This document shows, one piece after another, positions 1 to 12,000 of a stretch of 34,269 nucleotides of DNA. Position numbers and translations under genes: made by a program. The DNA is from Catajapyx aquilonaris (Eukaryota): positions 1 to 34,269 of the forward strand of contig KZ539077.1 in assembly GCA_000934665.2 (NCBI GenBank), given 5' to 3'. Positions within the stretch are counted from its first letter, which is position 1, and each line of letters begins with the position of its first letter. The notes below the pieces were generated by a model, which made no database searches, was not told the origin of the DNA, and was given only the letters and a program-made list of their open reading frames with translations.

Positions 1-889
1 TTGTGATTAATATTTTCAAACCGTGGATATAACCAGCAGTCCACTGTACTATCCTGCTGAGAGCAAAAAATCACTGTTCTATTTTTACCTCAGATAGGAA
101 CCGAATTGGACTGCTTCTCGCCGATATCAGGGTCCTTTACCAAAAAAAGGGAACTTCCTCTAGAGGTCAGCATGGAGACTGCCAAGTGGGCCACCATCAA
201 GATGGAGTTTTTCGATCGCTTTTTTTTCCCCCAGCCTCCCGGAAAGAGAATATACTCCGTATACGGACTCTCTTAATGAAGCAATTGACTTAATGCCATT
301 TTTAATAAAATAAAATTACATGATTAATTTTTTGCTCAAATATAATTAAATAAACTTAGATTAAACCAGTGAGGCTAATTAATAATAGACGAAATTCATA
401 CGCTTGAAATGAATTTGTAAGGCTGTAGACAACATCGAAGCTGCAATGCATGATGGAATTCTGAGCATGTGATAATTATTTTGGAATGAAATACCAGGTA
501 GCTGAAAATGTATCGCTTCGCTGGAGGTTACAGTTAAAGCTCGTGATAAAGAGAGCCTTGTTGAACTTTTCGTATATCGCCGTAATTGCCTCTGACGCCG
601 ACAACCTGCGACAATGGGCTCATTACATGCATTTATTCCCAGGCCTTGATGATTACTACCAACCGGCTTAATTGTTCAATAAATGCAGGGGTGGGGATGA
701 ACAGTAATTGCTTAACTGCATGTAAGAATTAATAATTGCCGTTGTTATCAGAAGTTAATATTGACACTATAGTCCTAAGGTAGACAGAATTTGAAAAAGT
801 GCCATTTCGTCAGATATTTGTGTTTTTTGTTTTTTTCAAAATTTGCTGAGACTTTTTCGAGAAGAAAGTATTGTAGAACGTCTCTACCT

Positions 890-1117
890 GTCTGTGGACA
901 AGTGTCAGGCAGACAAAAGTCTTAAAAAGTCTTACAGCACGGCTCTGTCTGACTGATACAGACAGACAGACAGACAGACAGAGCCGTGCTGTAAGACTTT
1001 TTTCGATTTTCGGGTTCCAGGTTCACTCGATCCGCCCCTTCCCCCCCAAACCCTTTCCCCCTGATACCCTGATACTTGTCCACAGACGGACGCACGGACA
1101 GAGCCGTGCTATAAGAC
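890..1117. mobile_element. (GACA)n-containing non-autonomous element ends in inverted arrangement (Helitron/Helentron-associated-like)
   Basis: A perfect 28-bp inverted repeat at 924-951/975-1002 surrounds a (GACA)n tract. An outer inverted pair lies at 890-908/1069-1087. A third copy of gacagagccgtgctrtaagact is at about 1097-1118. GACA/GTCY microsatellites near termini are typical of DINE-1/Lep1-like elements, so the family call is by analogy. Confidence 0.5.
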
Positions 1118-4100
1118 TGCTTTGGATATATGAGAAAAGATCTAAAAGATGGGTTTGCTAAAGGATATATTTTTCAAAGGGGACGGGGGCAGTCTGGGGG
1201 TAGGAGAGGGAAGAGGAAAAAGGTAAGGGCCGGAAATGCGTGGTATGAAAAAGTCTACTCTAATCACACTCACGTGATTTGCCAATTGTTTACCAATACA
1301 CATGTTGAATTTTAAGCTGTATGGGACATGTTTTTTGCTTGTTTCATATCGTACTGTCAATTACATCATGTGCAATATTAACACCTCAGTTGACGTCATC
1401 ATGCATTGCAGTACCTGACAAAATGTCACAACCTAATGAAGACACATCTTTGGCTCATTTTGGAAGTACATTTGCAGATATTTTCTTGTCACTCGCACCC
1501 GTGGAAAATCTCGTCATAATTGATATCGCCGTCTCCCCAAACATTTTGGGGAAGGGGGCGCCTAAAGATACCAGAGCGTGTGCGGGTGGCTGGGTGGGAA
1601 TGGATGGGGGGAGGGAGGGGGGGAATCGATGTCGAGAGGCGACGGCGCGAGGCGCGGGGAGTGTTCGCTCAGAGGCCCGCCAGAGTCGGTCGCGTGGGCG
1701 GGCGGCCGAACAAGGGGAGAGGGTGGGCCCCCCCGAGCTCTTTCTGGGACCAATCGCCTGTCTCCCCCACCACCACCCCCTCAAAATTTTGCACCCCCCG
1801 CCCCGGGGCACTACTCTATAAAACTTTTTTTTCACTGCGGCCATACCACCATTCTGATTTTGGCCCACGGGCAGGCTGCCTGCTTTGGCCCTCCCTTTAA
1901 ATCCCCCTATATCCATACTGGAAGAACGTGTCTTTTGTTTGTAGTGCTTTTTTTCCCTCATGGACTTCCTCTCAACTTTGCCGCTTCCTCAGCACTAATG
2001 GTCTGTGGGGCTTCTGGTCATTCCCGCTTCTATTGCTGCTGACCCACAGTCACAATATTCAGGTAAGCACATTGTTGGTAATATTTCACATATGACGAGT
2101 CTATGACCTCGAGGTTGTCTCACCCACATATCGATTTCAGCTACGATGGACAATGTTTTTGTGAGTAAAATGCGTGTTTCCATGATCGATATTTTGTAAT
2201 GGGAATCGTGCCTGTAACTTGCACTTTTCAAGTAATTTCAGCCTACAGTATCGTAACCATCTGACATTCCGTTCATGCTCACTTAATTACGATTGAAAAC
2301 ACGCCACAATTTTTTAAAATAAAGACGCAGAATTATTACGTCAACCATCATGATGCAATATGTAAATTTAAAATTGATCTCACTGTCCATGACCTATGAC
2401 CGCTTTATTATCCGGATCCGAAAAAGTCATTGATAAACACAACCCTGTCTACAACTTAAAATCTTGAGAATAATGGGCCCTGTCTTTGACTTCTCAATCA
2501 TTACTGACGCGAATCAAATTTGATCCCCTCGTCTCTCTTAAGTGGGCTATGACGCAAAGCTTTTGAGCCAAACATTATTTTAATACGTCAAAAATGAGGG
2601 GTCCTAGAGGAACTTTCCCATCACTCGGTTATTTCAGCCCAAGAGGGCGACTTAATGGAAGCGAAAGGTAGGACTAATATACGTTCGAGTGAAAAGCTCT
2701 GGGTGGTCTCTGGAGATTGGAAGCTCGACGTGCTCTGCGATCATGAACAGCTAGCTTTAAACCTGTTGCTGTAACATGTCGCAAAAATTTACCAGATCAA
2801 CACTGACCTACACGTGATAATTTGCATAATCATTTCACATGTCTTGACCCGAAGCCATTTCGTTATCTTTAGAGTATGAAAATCTTATCTTAATATTTAT
2901 TAGCTATTTTTTCAAATTAGATACAAAAAATAATAGTTTCGTTCATCTGACACTACTTTTCATGATTTTGTCAGCGTCTGAGACTTTTCAAAAACACTTT
3001 TTCGCTACTTCATTAGTAATTTGATATAAGCCCCACCCTTTGATGCGAGACTAATAAAAGCAAACTGCTCAGAAAGGTTTCACCTGCTGGGTTTTTTTTT
3101 TCTTGTCCTCGTTTCATTCCTCCTGAGATGCCGGCTTGACACTTGACAGAAAAGCGACAGAAGGAAAATAAGCACTTTTCCTCTCAAGCACTGCAAAACC
3201 TACACGTCTTTCCCAGATGGAAGTTTATCCCTTTTCGACTATAAATAGAATAATTGGTAGCGGTTTCAGGGAATTGTTATGATAGTTTATTGAGTTGACT
3301 TCAAAATAACTAGGAATGGTGCAAATTGGGCTATAATTAGTTTTATATGAAAATATTACGGAATTTTTTTTATTTTTATAGCACTTTGTCATTTTAGCCA
3401 AATTTTAATTGAAATATACACAAATTTTCATTGAAAGCATTGAAAGAAACGAAATTAAATTAACCAAAAACCACTTTGAAATCACGATGTGGAAAACACT
3501 GCAACGCCGGAATTCTCCCTGCCATTAACCAGCTATACACATGGTATCTGACCGAAATTGCCTTGAAACCGCTAACAGCACAGTGGCGCATGGACACTCC
3601 CCCACTCTCATTCCAGTATCTCCCTCCAACTACTTTACCCAAATCCGTTTTTTGCATTTGGAAGCATAGGGATGTTGCTAGGCCAATTTTCAGACCCGCT
3701 TTTCAAGTACAAAATTCCACAAAGTGATTGGTGGGTTTTGTACATTTGGGGGATATATTTAATGAGGTGACTCCAAAATGTCCAGGGGATAATCAATGCA
3801 TTTTAGGGAATTCCCTGGATATAATTATATGATTGCTGAGTGGCAGGGGAAATCAAATCGAATTTGGAAATCTAACATGCGAGCCAATTTCGCCACCTAT
3901 CAAACTTGATGGACGTACGGATTTAGCAGAGTGACCTAAAAATACGTGGATATCCGATATTTCGCTTAACAGAATCCTATCAACTCCACAGTTGCTGATC
4001 CTGCAAACTGACTAACTAGATCATAGCATCAAGAGAGTATCAATTTTCGAAATCAGATCTATCTTCAAAGAGAATTTGGAACCACCAACTCCATATTAGT

Positions 4101-7100
4101 TTACATACATATTCTATATCGTATTATGTAAGATATTACTGATTAATATCATTAATTTTTTTTTATAATACACCACAAAAAGAGGCCACATTTCATCTCC
4201 TGCCTTTAGCCATAAAATGCCCTTGGGAACCCCCGGATTTGTTCGAAAGTCTTCGACATGAACAAGCAATACTCTGAGAGAAGGATTTCCGGACGGATCG
4301 AAGAAACGGGACAATATTTCACGACTCAGCAGCCTGCGTGCCGAGATTCATGAAGAACCCAATTACCGCCTGTTTCTCTGCCGGATGCTTGCCTGATTTT
4401 GAGAATTGTGGATAGAATTCCAATGAAGAAACCTCCAACTAAAATTTCCTTAAAATGTTGCAATTTTTTTTACCTTAAATTTTTCTAGTTAGCCCTCATC
4501 ACCCTTGTCCTTTTCAAGCTGCAATAAGACGTCCAATTTGTGACACTTGTACGTCGCTAACGCCCCCTTTCGTTCCTTCTCCCAAGCTTGTAATTTGGAA
4601 CTCGACTCTGAGCCTTTCCTTCTCTCCTTTTAATCAAAGTCTCGAAAAGGAGTTTTTGCCTCTACACCCCCTTTTCTCCACCCACCCCTCCAAGAGTTTG
4701 GAGGATTGAAATCGGAGAGTCCATTGTAGAAGACTCCCCAAGTTACGTTGCTTATTCAACTCGGCAGTTATTTGCTTAGTAAAGTACTGCTGGTCTGAAA
4801 ATTTGCGAGAGCCAATTACTCGAATGTCAAGTGTCGTTCCGGAGTCATGAAGCATGAGGATGTATGTATGTGAGCCATGGCTGACCTTTTCGGATTTGAT
4901 TCATGGTCGCCATTTGCACCTGTGTAGATAAGAGCTTGGCCCCAAGTTATCGGGTCGTAAAATCTGAAAGCCCCTACAGTCACCAATCATAAACGGGCGT
5001 ATCTTTGGACCCTCATCGTATATGTCACATTCATTCGTGGTGTCTCTCAACATATTCAAAAAAGTAAGAGAAATTCATTAAAACTTTGAATGGGACACAT
5101 TAAGGACTTCTTGCAGCTTTTTAACAACTTGGGGCTAAAAGAGTTTGAAATGGGGAATTGTAGGGCGCATTAAAACGGCATGACTTTTTGACGTGCACCG
5201 TAAATTAAAATTATTCACATCACTAAATATATTTATGCACCTATCTACATAAAAATGTTTACCTCTATAAAAATTTATGCACCTTAATGAATATTTTTGT
5301 GCATGTTTCAGTGTGGTATGTATAACTCGGTATAACTCTGCTAAAATAGTTTCACAACTACTCTTATTTTGTAGTAAGGGCAAAGGTGACATGAGAGTGA
5401 CCGACCCTTTCCGATACCAAATCTCAACCGATATTGTGTGCCTGAAAAATTGTCATTTTTATTTCGAAACAGTTTAATAATATCTTACTTATGAGGAAAT
5501 TGCTTCCCACGCTTCATTTAATGGAAGATCGCATTGTCTTCTCGGACAGCAAGACAGAGCCTTTCTTTATGGATCGGCGAATAGAAAGGGGACCAAAAAA
5601 AAAAAGACTCGCCATCAAGCTTTATGAATTGGAAATCAGACCCTGACACGCAACAAGTTGAATCGCCTCTCGTCCCAAATTGCACATGAAATAACATGAA
5701 GAGGATGGTGGGACAAAAGGGTGGGCTATATATCACAGAGTGAATGAAAAAAAAATCACTATTGAGACATCTCGACTGATAGTTTCTATTATCCTTGCCC
5801 TTGGTTTTATCGGGTACTTTGGTTTTGGACTGGAAATTTGCATTTCCAATACCCTCTTTTGTACGGCAGGATATTGGAATCGGGAGAAAATCCGGGTTTA
5901 GTTTTCCTCAGTATGCATGATGAAAGCACAGAGCGTGGTATTCCTTTGGGATACCTGGACTTTTGCAGCTTCAAAAGTATCGGCAACCCTTGAAACCACA
6001 TGCGGAATTGTTGGCATATCCGTATGTTTTTACACAAAGTCATGTGCACTTTGCTTACTGTACTGTCCGGGAAACACTAGCCTACTTTCCAGTTATAAGC
6101 TCACTTGCAGTACCGGTTTTACCATGTTTTTTTACTCTCAGAAAATGTCTGATTATAACACAAACGATCGATTTATTCAATGGAAATTATGAAAAATATT
6201 TATGATCCAGAAACATATTTAGCTACTTTGGTTACACAATTAATTTCATTCAAGTGTAATTTTCATTGTTATACAGTTCTTCTCAGGTCAGCAAAGGGAT
6301 TTTGGCCAACGTCCGCAGCAGTCCGTTGCCTCTATTGATCAGGCAAAAAGGAACGATTTTAGGAGGACCATTAGCCAGGAATTTCCTCAGCCCTAAATTA
6401 CCCAGCTTGAAATTGTCTCTACCAATTACCGAACATAATGTCGCTTATTCTCCTACGTAATTTTACCAGTAGGTTAATTATAAAAATGAATTCGTCAACA
6501 GCCCACGTCGTATTTTCTTTGACTCACTATCGCAAACAATACATACACAATTTTAGCGCAAATTAGTTCGCATAATATCGCTCATCCTGTACTATCATTA
6601 CATCATGTGTGTCTCATATTTTTCATCATATTATGTTAGTACAAACATTAATTGATGGAACAGGACCAGTGCAAACAACAGTTGCACAAACACTTCTTTT
6701 AAAAGCGACCAACAAGCACCACTGTATGTCGGACACATCTGTTCATTAATGAAAGTTAATATTTGCTACATACCGGTACTTAATGTCACAGCTAATAATA
6801 AGTTCCTGCTCTTAATCTTAGTAATTAATCGAACTCTACATTCTTCATACGTAAACGCACTTTGTAGTGTACACTTTAGTGGGGGCCTATTTCCGCCGCA
6901 AGGTCCTCCTCCTGAAAATTTGGCCACTCTGGGGATCTTTAATGTACACTCGCGCAATATCACAAGCACTGTAGACCCTGCTTCCTAAGGGAATATTTAA
7001 AAGAATTACTATGCCACGATATTAGTATATTCTACGCACTTTTAATCCAAACCATAAAAGCGGTGTCTAAAAAACTGCGTACGTCACTGGGCACCTGTAA

Positions 7101-10100
7101 ACCCCCTTGAGCCCCCGAGGCCCAATTACCAAGGAACAAGCGCGAATCTGAGGCAAACATGGTGGAGCAGTATGGCAGGGGACAGTAAGTCTGGGATCCG
7201 TCTTCTGTGGTCTCCGGGGATCCACTTAGAGGCGGAAAAGGCGCCTCCAGCTGCCTCACTTTGCCACGATTTAATGGTCCAGAGTTAGTGATTGGGTCTG
7301 CGGCAGCACCCGGATAAAAGGGGACGCCAGGGGCTCTTACCAAGGATTCATTCATTCCTTTCTGAGCACCCTTCTTCATCTTACACGCTGTTTTGTATCC
7401 TCAGTTTTACTGTTGCTTTCTGATTAGGAAAACACGATACTGCGTAGGGTAAACTTCAAGGAAATGTGATCGGGGAATCCCCGTAACCAAAGTTGAATCC
7501 GCCAATCAGGCATTGCCTTTAGGGACGTATGTTAGAAAATCTCAAAAAGGAAAGTGCTGAATACGTCACACTGTTCCATAATGTGGAAAATATGAGCCCA
7601 AAGCGCAATATCAAGCTTCAAGCTTGAGAGCCTGCCCATGTATAAGAGTGTTACAGACTTTTTTTTTCTTCTTGAGTGGATTCTTCTTTCGGTGGGATTG
7701 CAGACTTTGTCCTTATTACGTCAATCACGTCTTAGAGCACCCACTGTATAACTGGTGTCCGGATATTTCCTGCTGGATATCACGTTCTTTCGTACTCATA
7801 GAAGGGGATTTCCTACACAAAAGCAGATTCAAGTCATCGGTGCGGCAAATTGGTGGTGCTATTGAAGCGGAAAAGCTGCCCCTGGTTGTGTTAGATATAC
7901 TCTTTTTTCCTATACTGTAAGTGCAGTATATGTATAATATTTTGTCCACCTGATTGCTTCGTTGAACATCCAATCTGCGTGTGATAATAATTGGAAGTTA
8001 TATTTTTGGAGTAACGTCGCACACCTCGGGGGTCGCTCCACTCTAATTCTTCCTGCAGGCGCTTTTTCGGGGGCACTAAAAACATTGTGTATGCCACGTG
8101 TAACTGTAATTGAGTGCTTTGAGGGATGTCCTCTAAAACTGGGATTACTAGGCCAAGGACCTCGTCGAAATTGTAATTTAATGAAAAGCTGTCACACATA
8201 ATTATTTCAGCTTGCTTTATTGAGTACCTTGTTTACAGGGAACAAAAATATGAAAATATAAGCTGAAAATTTTTATTGCTTTTCATGTCAAAATCCATCG
8301 CACTGTAAAGTTTACTTGTTAAATGAGATGACTGGAAGATTAAGCGAAAATTAACAGGGATAATCCGTTTAATCCTATGAAACAAACTGCTAATAAAGTG
8401 GACAACATGAAGGTCAAACGACGAAACTTTAACCCTCCTCAACTACTAAATCCTTTTTAATCCAACTAATTTCAAGTTTTTAGCACGAAGCAATTAAAAA
8501 ACTTATTAAATTACCGCAAATCCTTACAGAAAGCAAATATTTTCTCCTGTACATGTAAGCTTACAGTCTTACACCCAAATGGATTACCACAATATATGCA
8601 TCCTTTTTGACGTGGGCGACCGGAGCACCCACTAAGAAAACACGTCATCAATTTATGATTTCACCCGGATCTGAGCCAACCATGACCTTTGGCACGACGA
8701 AGGCGGACAAGATTAAAAGGCGCGTGTCTTAAACCAGAAATCAGGTGCGAGTCACACCGGAATCCAAGGGGCATTCCCGGACATTACATATTCTCCACCC
8801 GTTGCCCCGAGATGAAGTCACACCATTTGAGCCACCTGAAACGCTCCAGGGTGGTTCATCTCCATTTGATTCACTTTACTTCAAGTGTATGACACGGTTA
8901 ATTACACGCCCGGTACCCTTAAGTAGTGACTCCCCTAGGCCACACCTAAGTGATTTCTTTCGGACCAGTCCCACCATTTTTTATGTGTAGAGCTGAGGTC
9001 ATCTTATGGGTTGATAAAGGACCAGTGGTGAGGCGTGGTTGTTAGAAGTGTTTCAGCTGGCAGGCAGTGAGTGTCGAGAATTTTGTATCGGGTAAGAATG
9101 CTTATATTTTATTGCAAATAATTATTTTTGCAATATATTGAACTGGCCTCATTTTCCTAGAAGGTCATTAGTAGCCTCATTAGTGTCTGCACCATTATTA
9201 GAATTTTTTTTTACTTTCAAGAAAACTTGATTGCTTCGTCGCCCTTCCTCCAAAATCGTTTTGGTTTAGAGCACCAAATCGATAGGTCCGTCATTATACA
9301 CTGATTAGGCAATTTTCTTTACATCATAAAGCGAAGGAGCAGAGGAGTAACATAGGCTATAGGAAAATATTCTGCAAGTGCTAAAATTAGCTACGAGTTG
9401 AATTAGCGCAAGATGCTGCTAATGACCTCTGAGAAAACGTGTGGATAAACATGAGCGTACGTAAGGCACATGTGTGTTTATTATTTGAACTGAAATTTGC
9501 TTATTTTTGGATGTCCACTTCTTTCATCAGGTTCTGGTTTTCTTGCGTACAGTACCATACGTAGGGATACGTCACAACCACATATTTATACCATTTATGC
9601 GTGATGACGTTAATGAAATGGCTACAAATAAGCCATCTTGACGCCTGTTAATTATTAACCATTTATTCTCATTAAGTGCAGATTATTTTAGGTTCAATTC
9701 CTCAGTCGCCCAATTTACAAACAATCGACCCTATCCCTCGTAATTAAGAGCCCAATTCACCAAAAAGGATTGGGTTAAACTTAGGGGACCCACAATTTGC
9801 ATTTCCTTCTTTAGTCCTAAAATCGATAACCAGAAGCTGGCTTAAATTACTGCTCTTGCTATGTGCACATTGATTAATATACGTCAACATAGCTGTTGAC
9901 ATTTTCAGACATTGATTACAAATCCAAAAGAGCACCGGAATATTGCGTAGTACTAACCGAGAAGTAAACGTTAGCCGGATCCTGTAAACTCAATCCCCGA
10001 AGTGACAATGAACTTCTAATGTCAGAGGTGGGACAGCCATTGTGGACTTATCTGACCTCCATTTGCTGCTGAAAATACCGCAACTTCACATCGTGGTCAC

Positions 10101-10316
10101 TCCAGCCTAGCTATCATATAATGAACCTGTCTGCCTCCGGGGGTTAAGTACACTCTACACCATTCAAGTCGCCGGAGGCGACCATTAACGTTCCACAAGG
10201 ATGCGAAATGTGATATCGATAACCAATATATGTCTCCATAAAGTTGATGCCCTGTGACATTAACGGCTTAATGTCTTTTGGTCAAGATTTTTGACCTGTG
10301 TCAATACCTTTTTCAG

Positions 10317-10415
10317 ATCTCAGCCCAGCATCATATCAAGAAAAACTATATCACCAAGTGCGACTGGGTCATCCAGCAACTGTTACTACAGAGCTTCACA
10401 GACTAATCAGACACA
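10317..10415 (+). other. 5' UTR portion of the first coding exon (implies an upstream non-coding exon)
   Basis: Polypyrimidine acceptor cctttttcAG ends at 10316, 99 nt before the ATG. Confidence 0.55.
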
Positions 10416-11111
10416 ATGTGGGTAGGTTGGTTCCGGAGGTTTCTTAGCGTGGTGCTGATCCTGGCTGTGCTGAGCCGCTCAGAAGGAGGCATACTGAACA
10501 AACCTGGCAAGGAGTACCGCAAGCTCAAGTCCGGCAAAGTGCGGGCGTCCAAGGGCTCTGAGTATGTTCCTGCCGGAAGCAAAATGGCGAATGAGCCCAG
10601 CTGCGAAGAGCTCAGGGCCATGTGGCGCTTCTCCAAGCGTCAGTCTCGGGCAGCCGAGATGACCAACGAAATTCCGCAGTTCCGGGACCCGTTTTACACG
10701 AACACATGGGGTCCTGAGCCATTGGGGAGGAACCGGGTTCATCACTACGGAAGGGTGGTCCACGCTCCTCCTGCTCATGGGAACAGCCGCAACTCGGGCC
10801 CTAATAAGGCCAGGGCATTCGAGGAGGTGGTACGTATCTTCGGCAACCCTAGGAGCAACCCTAGCACCGGACCTGAACTTAGACGACGACCTCCCTCCCG
10901 GAAGACGTTCCGGGTTCTAGGTGGTGGGGTGCCACAAGTCTCCAATCCCTTGTCGTCGTCCGGGAAGTTCCAGGAGCTTCGGGACATTGTACGGAACGAG
11001 AGGATGAAGGACCTGCAGATGCAACAGCAGGCTGTGGTCAGGGCCATGCAGGACCAGGGTGACGCCGCGGATGACGAAGAGGAGATTGTCCTTCAGGAGG
11101 TGCCTATTGAG
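10416..11111 (+). CDS. First coding exon of an uncharacterised secreted (prohormone/neuropeptide-precursor-like) protein
   Basis: ATG at 10416 with an in-frame TAA at 10404-10406 just upstream. N-terminus MWVGWFRRFLSVVLILAVLSRSEG|G fits a signal peptide (basic n-region, hydrophobic core, small-residue cleavage site). Codons are GC-rich against AT-rich flanks. It contains the block EPSCEELRAMWRFSKRQSRAAEMTNEIPQFRDPF and basic sites (KR, RRR, RK). It ends at donor GAG|GTATGT (11111/11112) in phase 0 after 232 codons. Confidence 0.9.
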
Positions 11112-11226
11112 GTATGTACGACATAATTTTACGCACAACACTCAGTTTTCGCAGCGTGATTCTTGTAACCCTTCGCCTTTCCTGTACAGTTGCATGTTTT
11201 GCTGATATTACATTTTCCCGAACTAG

Positions 11227-11646
11227 GCGCCAATGGGAGGCCACTTTGGACGTATTGTCCATACTCCTCCTTCCGGAAAGTTCGGCGACCTGGTGGAATC
11301 GCCAACAGCCTTTGAAACAATCCGGTACGGACCTTCAGGTCGGTACAGGGACAGCCCCATAGCTCAAATGGCAGCCGCCGAGGGCAAAACCCGGGGCGGA
11401 GGCTTCCTCAGCTACCCCGACGTGCTGGCTCCTGCTCATGTGGGGCCAAGGGTCATCATCCCCGAACAAGAAGAGGAAGAAACACCCAGGCGGGTGGTCA
11501 TCGTGGAGGAGCCCAGTGGTGACCTGAAGGCCGAGGTGCCCTCTAGCGAAGGTCTCACCAGTTCTGAGGGATTCTTTGGGCCTATCCACCAAGAGGCCAA
11601 GGTCCCTCAGCAACAGTACCGATCAAGGGAATTCTCTCGACATCAG
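11227..11646 (+). CDS. Second coding exon of the same secreted protein (APMGGHFGRIVHTPP...REFSRHQ)
   Basis: A 115-bp intron (11112-11226, GTATGT...cattttcccgaactAG) joins in phase 0 to the frame of ORF 11233-11685. The exon has 140 codons and ends at donor CAG|GTAAAT (11646/11647) in phase 0. It shares peptide motifs with exon 1. Confidence 0.85.
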
Positions 11647-11934
11647 GTAAATACCATTAACACACTATGCATGTTAGGACCGTGAAAGCATGTGAGTGAG
11701 GGTCACAGGCCTACTTTTGACCGTTACGACCGTTACGGCCACCGCCATGACCATGCCCTTGTAGCGCGAGCCAGTTATGGCCACCCCAAAAGTTCGGTAT
11801 TAGACACACACAAAGCATATTGGCCTTCGTCAGTGAGAAACCATACCCTTAATGTTCCTGAGCACGTACCACAAGTGAGAAGAATGCCAGTTAAAAACTG
11901 AACAGTAGCTCCCCCCGAATCTATACGGCATGGC

Positions 11935-12000
11935 GGGGGGGGGGGGGGGGGGGGGNNNNNNNNNNNNNNNNNNNNNNNGGGGGGGGGGGGGGGGGGGGGG
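11935..12000. repeat. Poly-G tract with assembly gap
   Basis: G runs flank Ns at 11956-11978. Similar G/C homopolymers with Ns are at about 19901-19940, 28281-28319, 28778-28807 and 31048-31083. Confidence 0.95.

Noticed and set aside
1321..2042. Several overlapping 120-170 aa ORFs
   Set aside because: They are explained by stop-codon scarcity in a GC-rich patch. The translations are low-complexity G/R/P with no recognisable domain.
9691..9712. tRNA/SINE B-box-like GGTTCAATTCC
   Set aside because: No A box or cloverleaf upstream.
10403..11613. Antisense and alternative-frame ORFs over the gene
   Set aside because: They are shadows of the GC-rich coding exons on the + strand.
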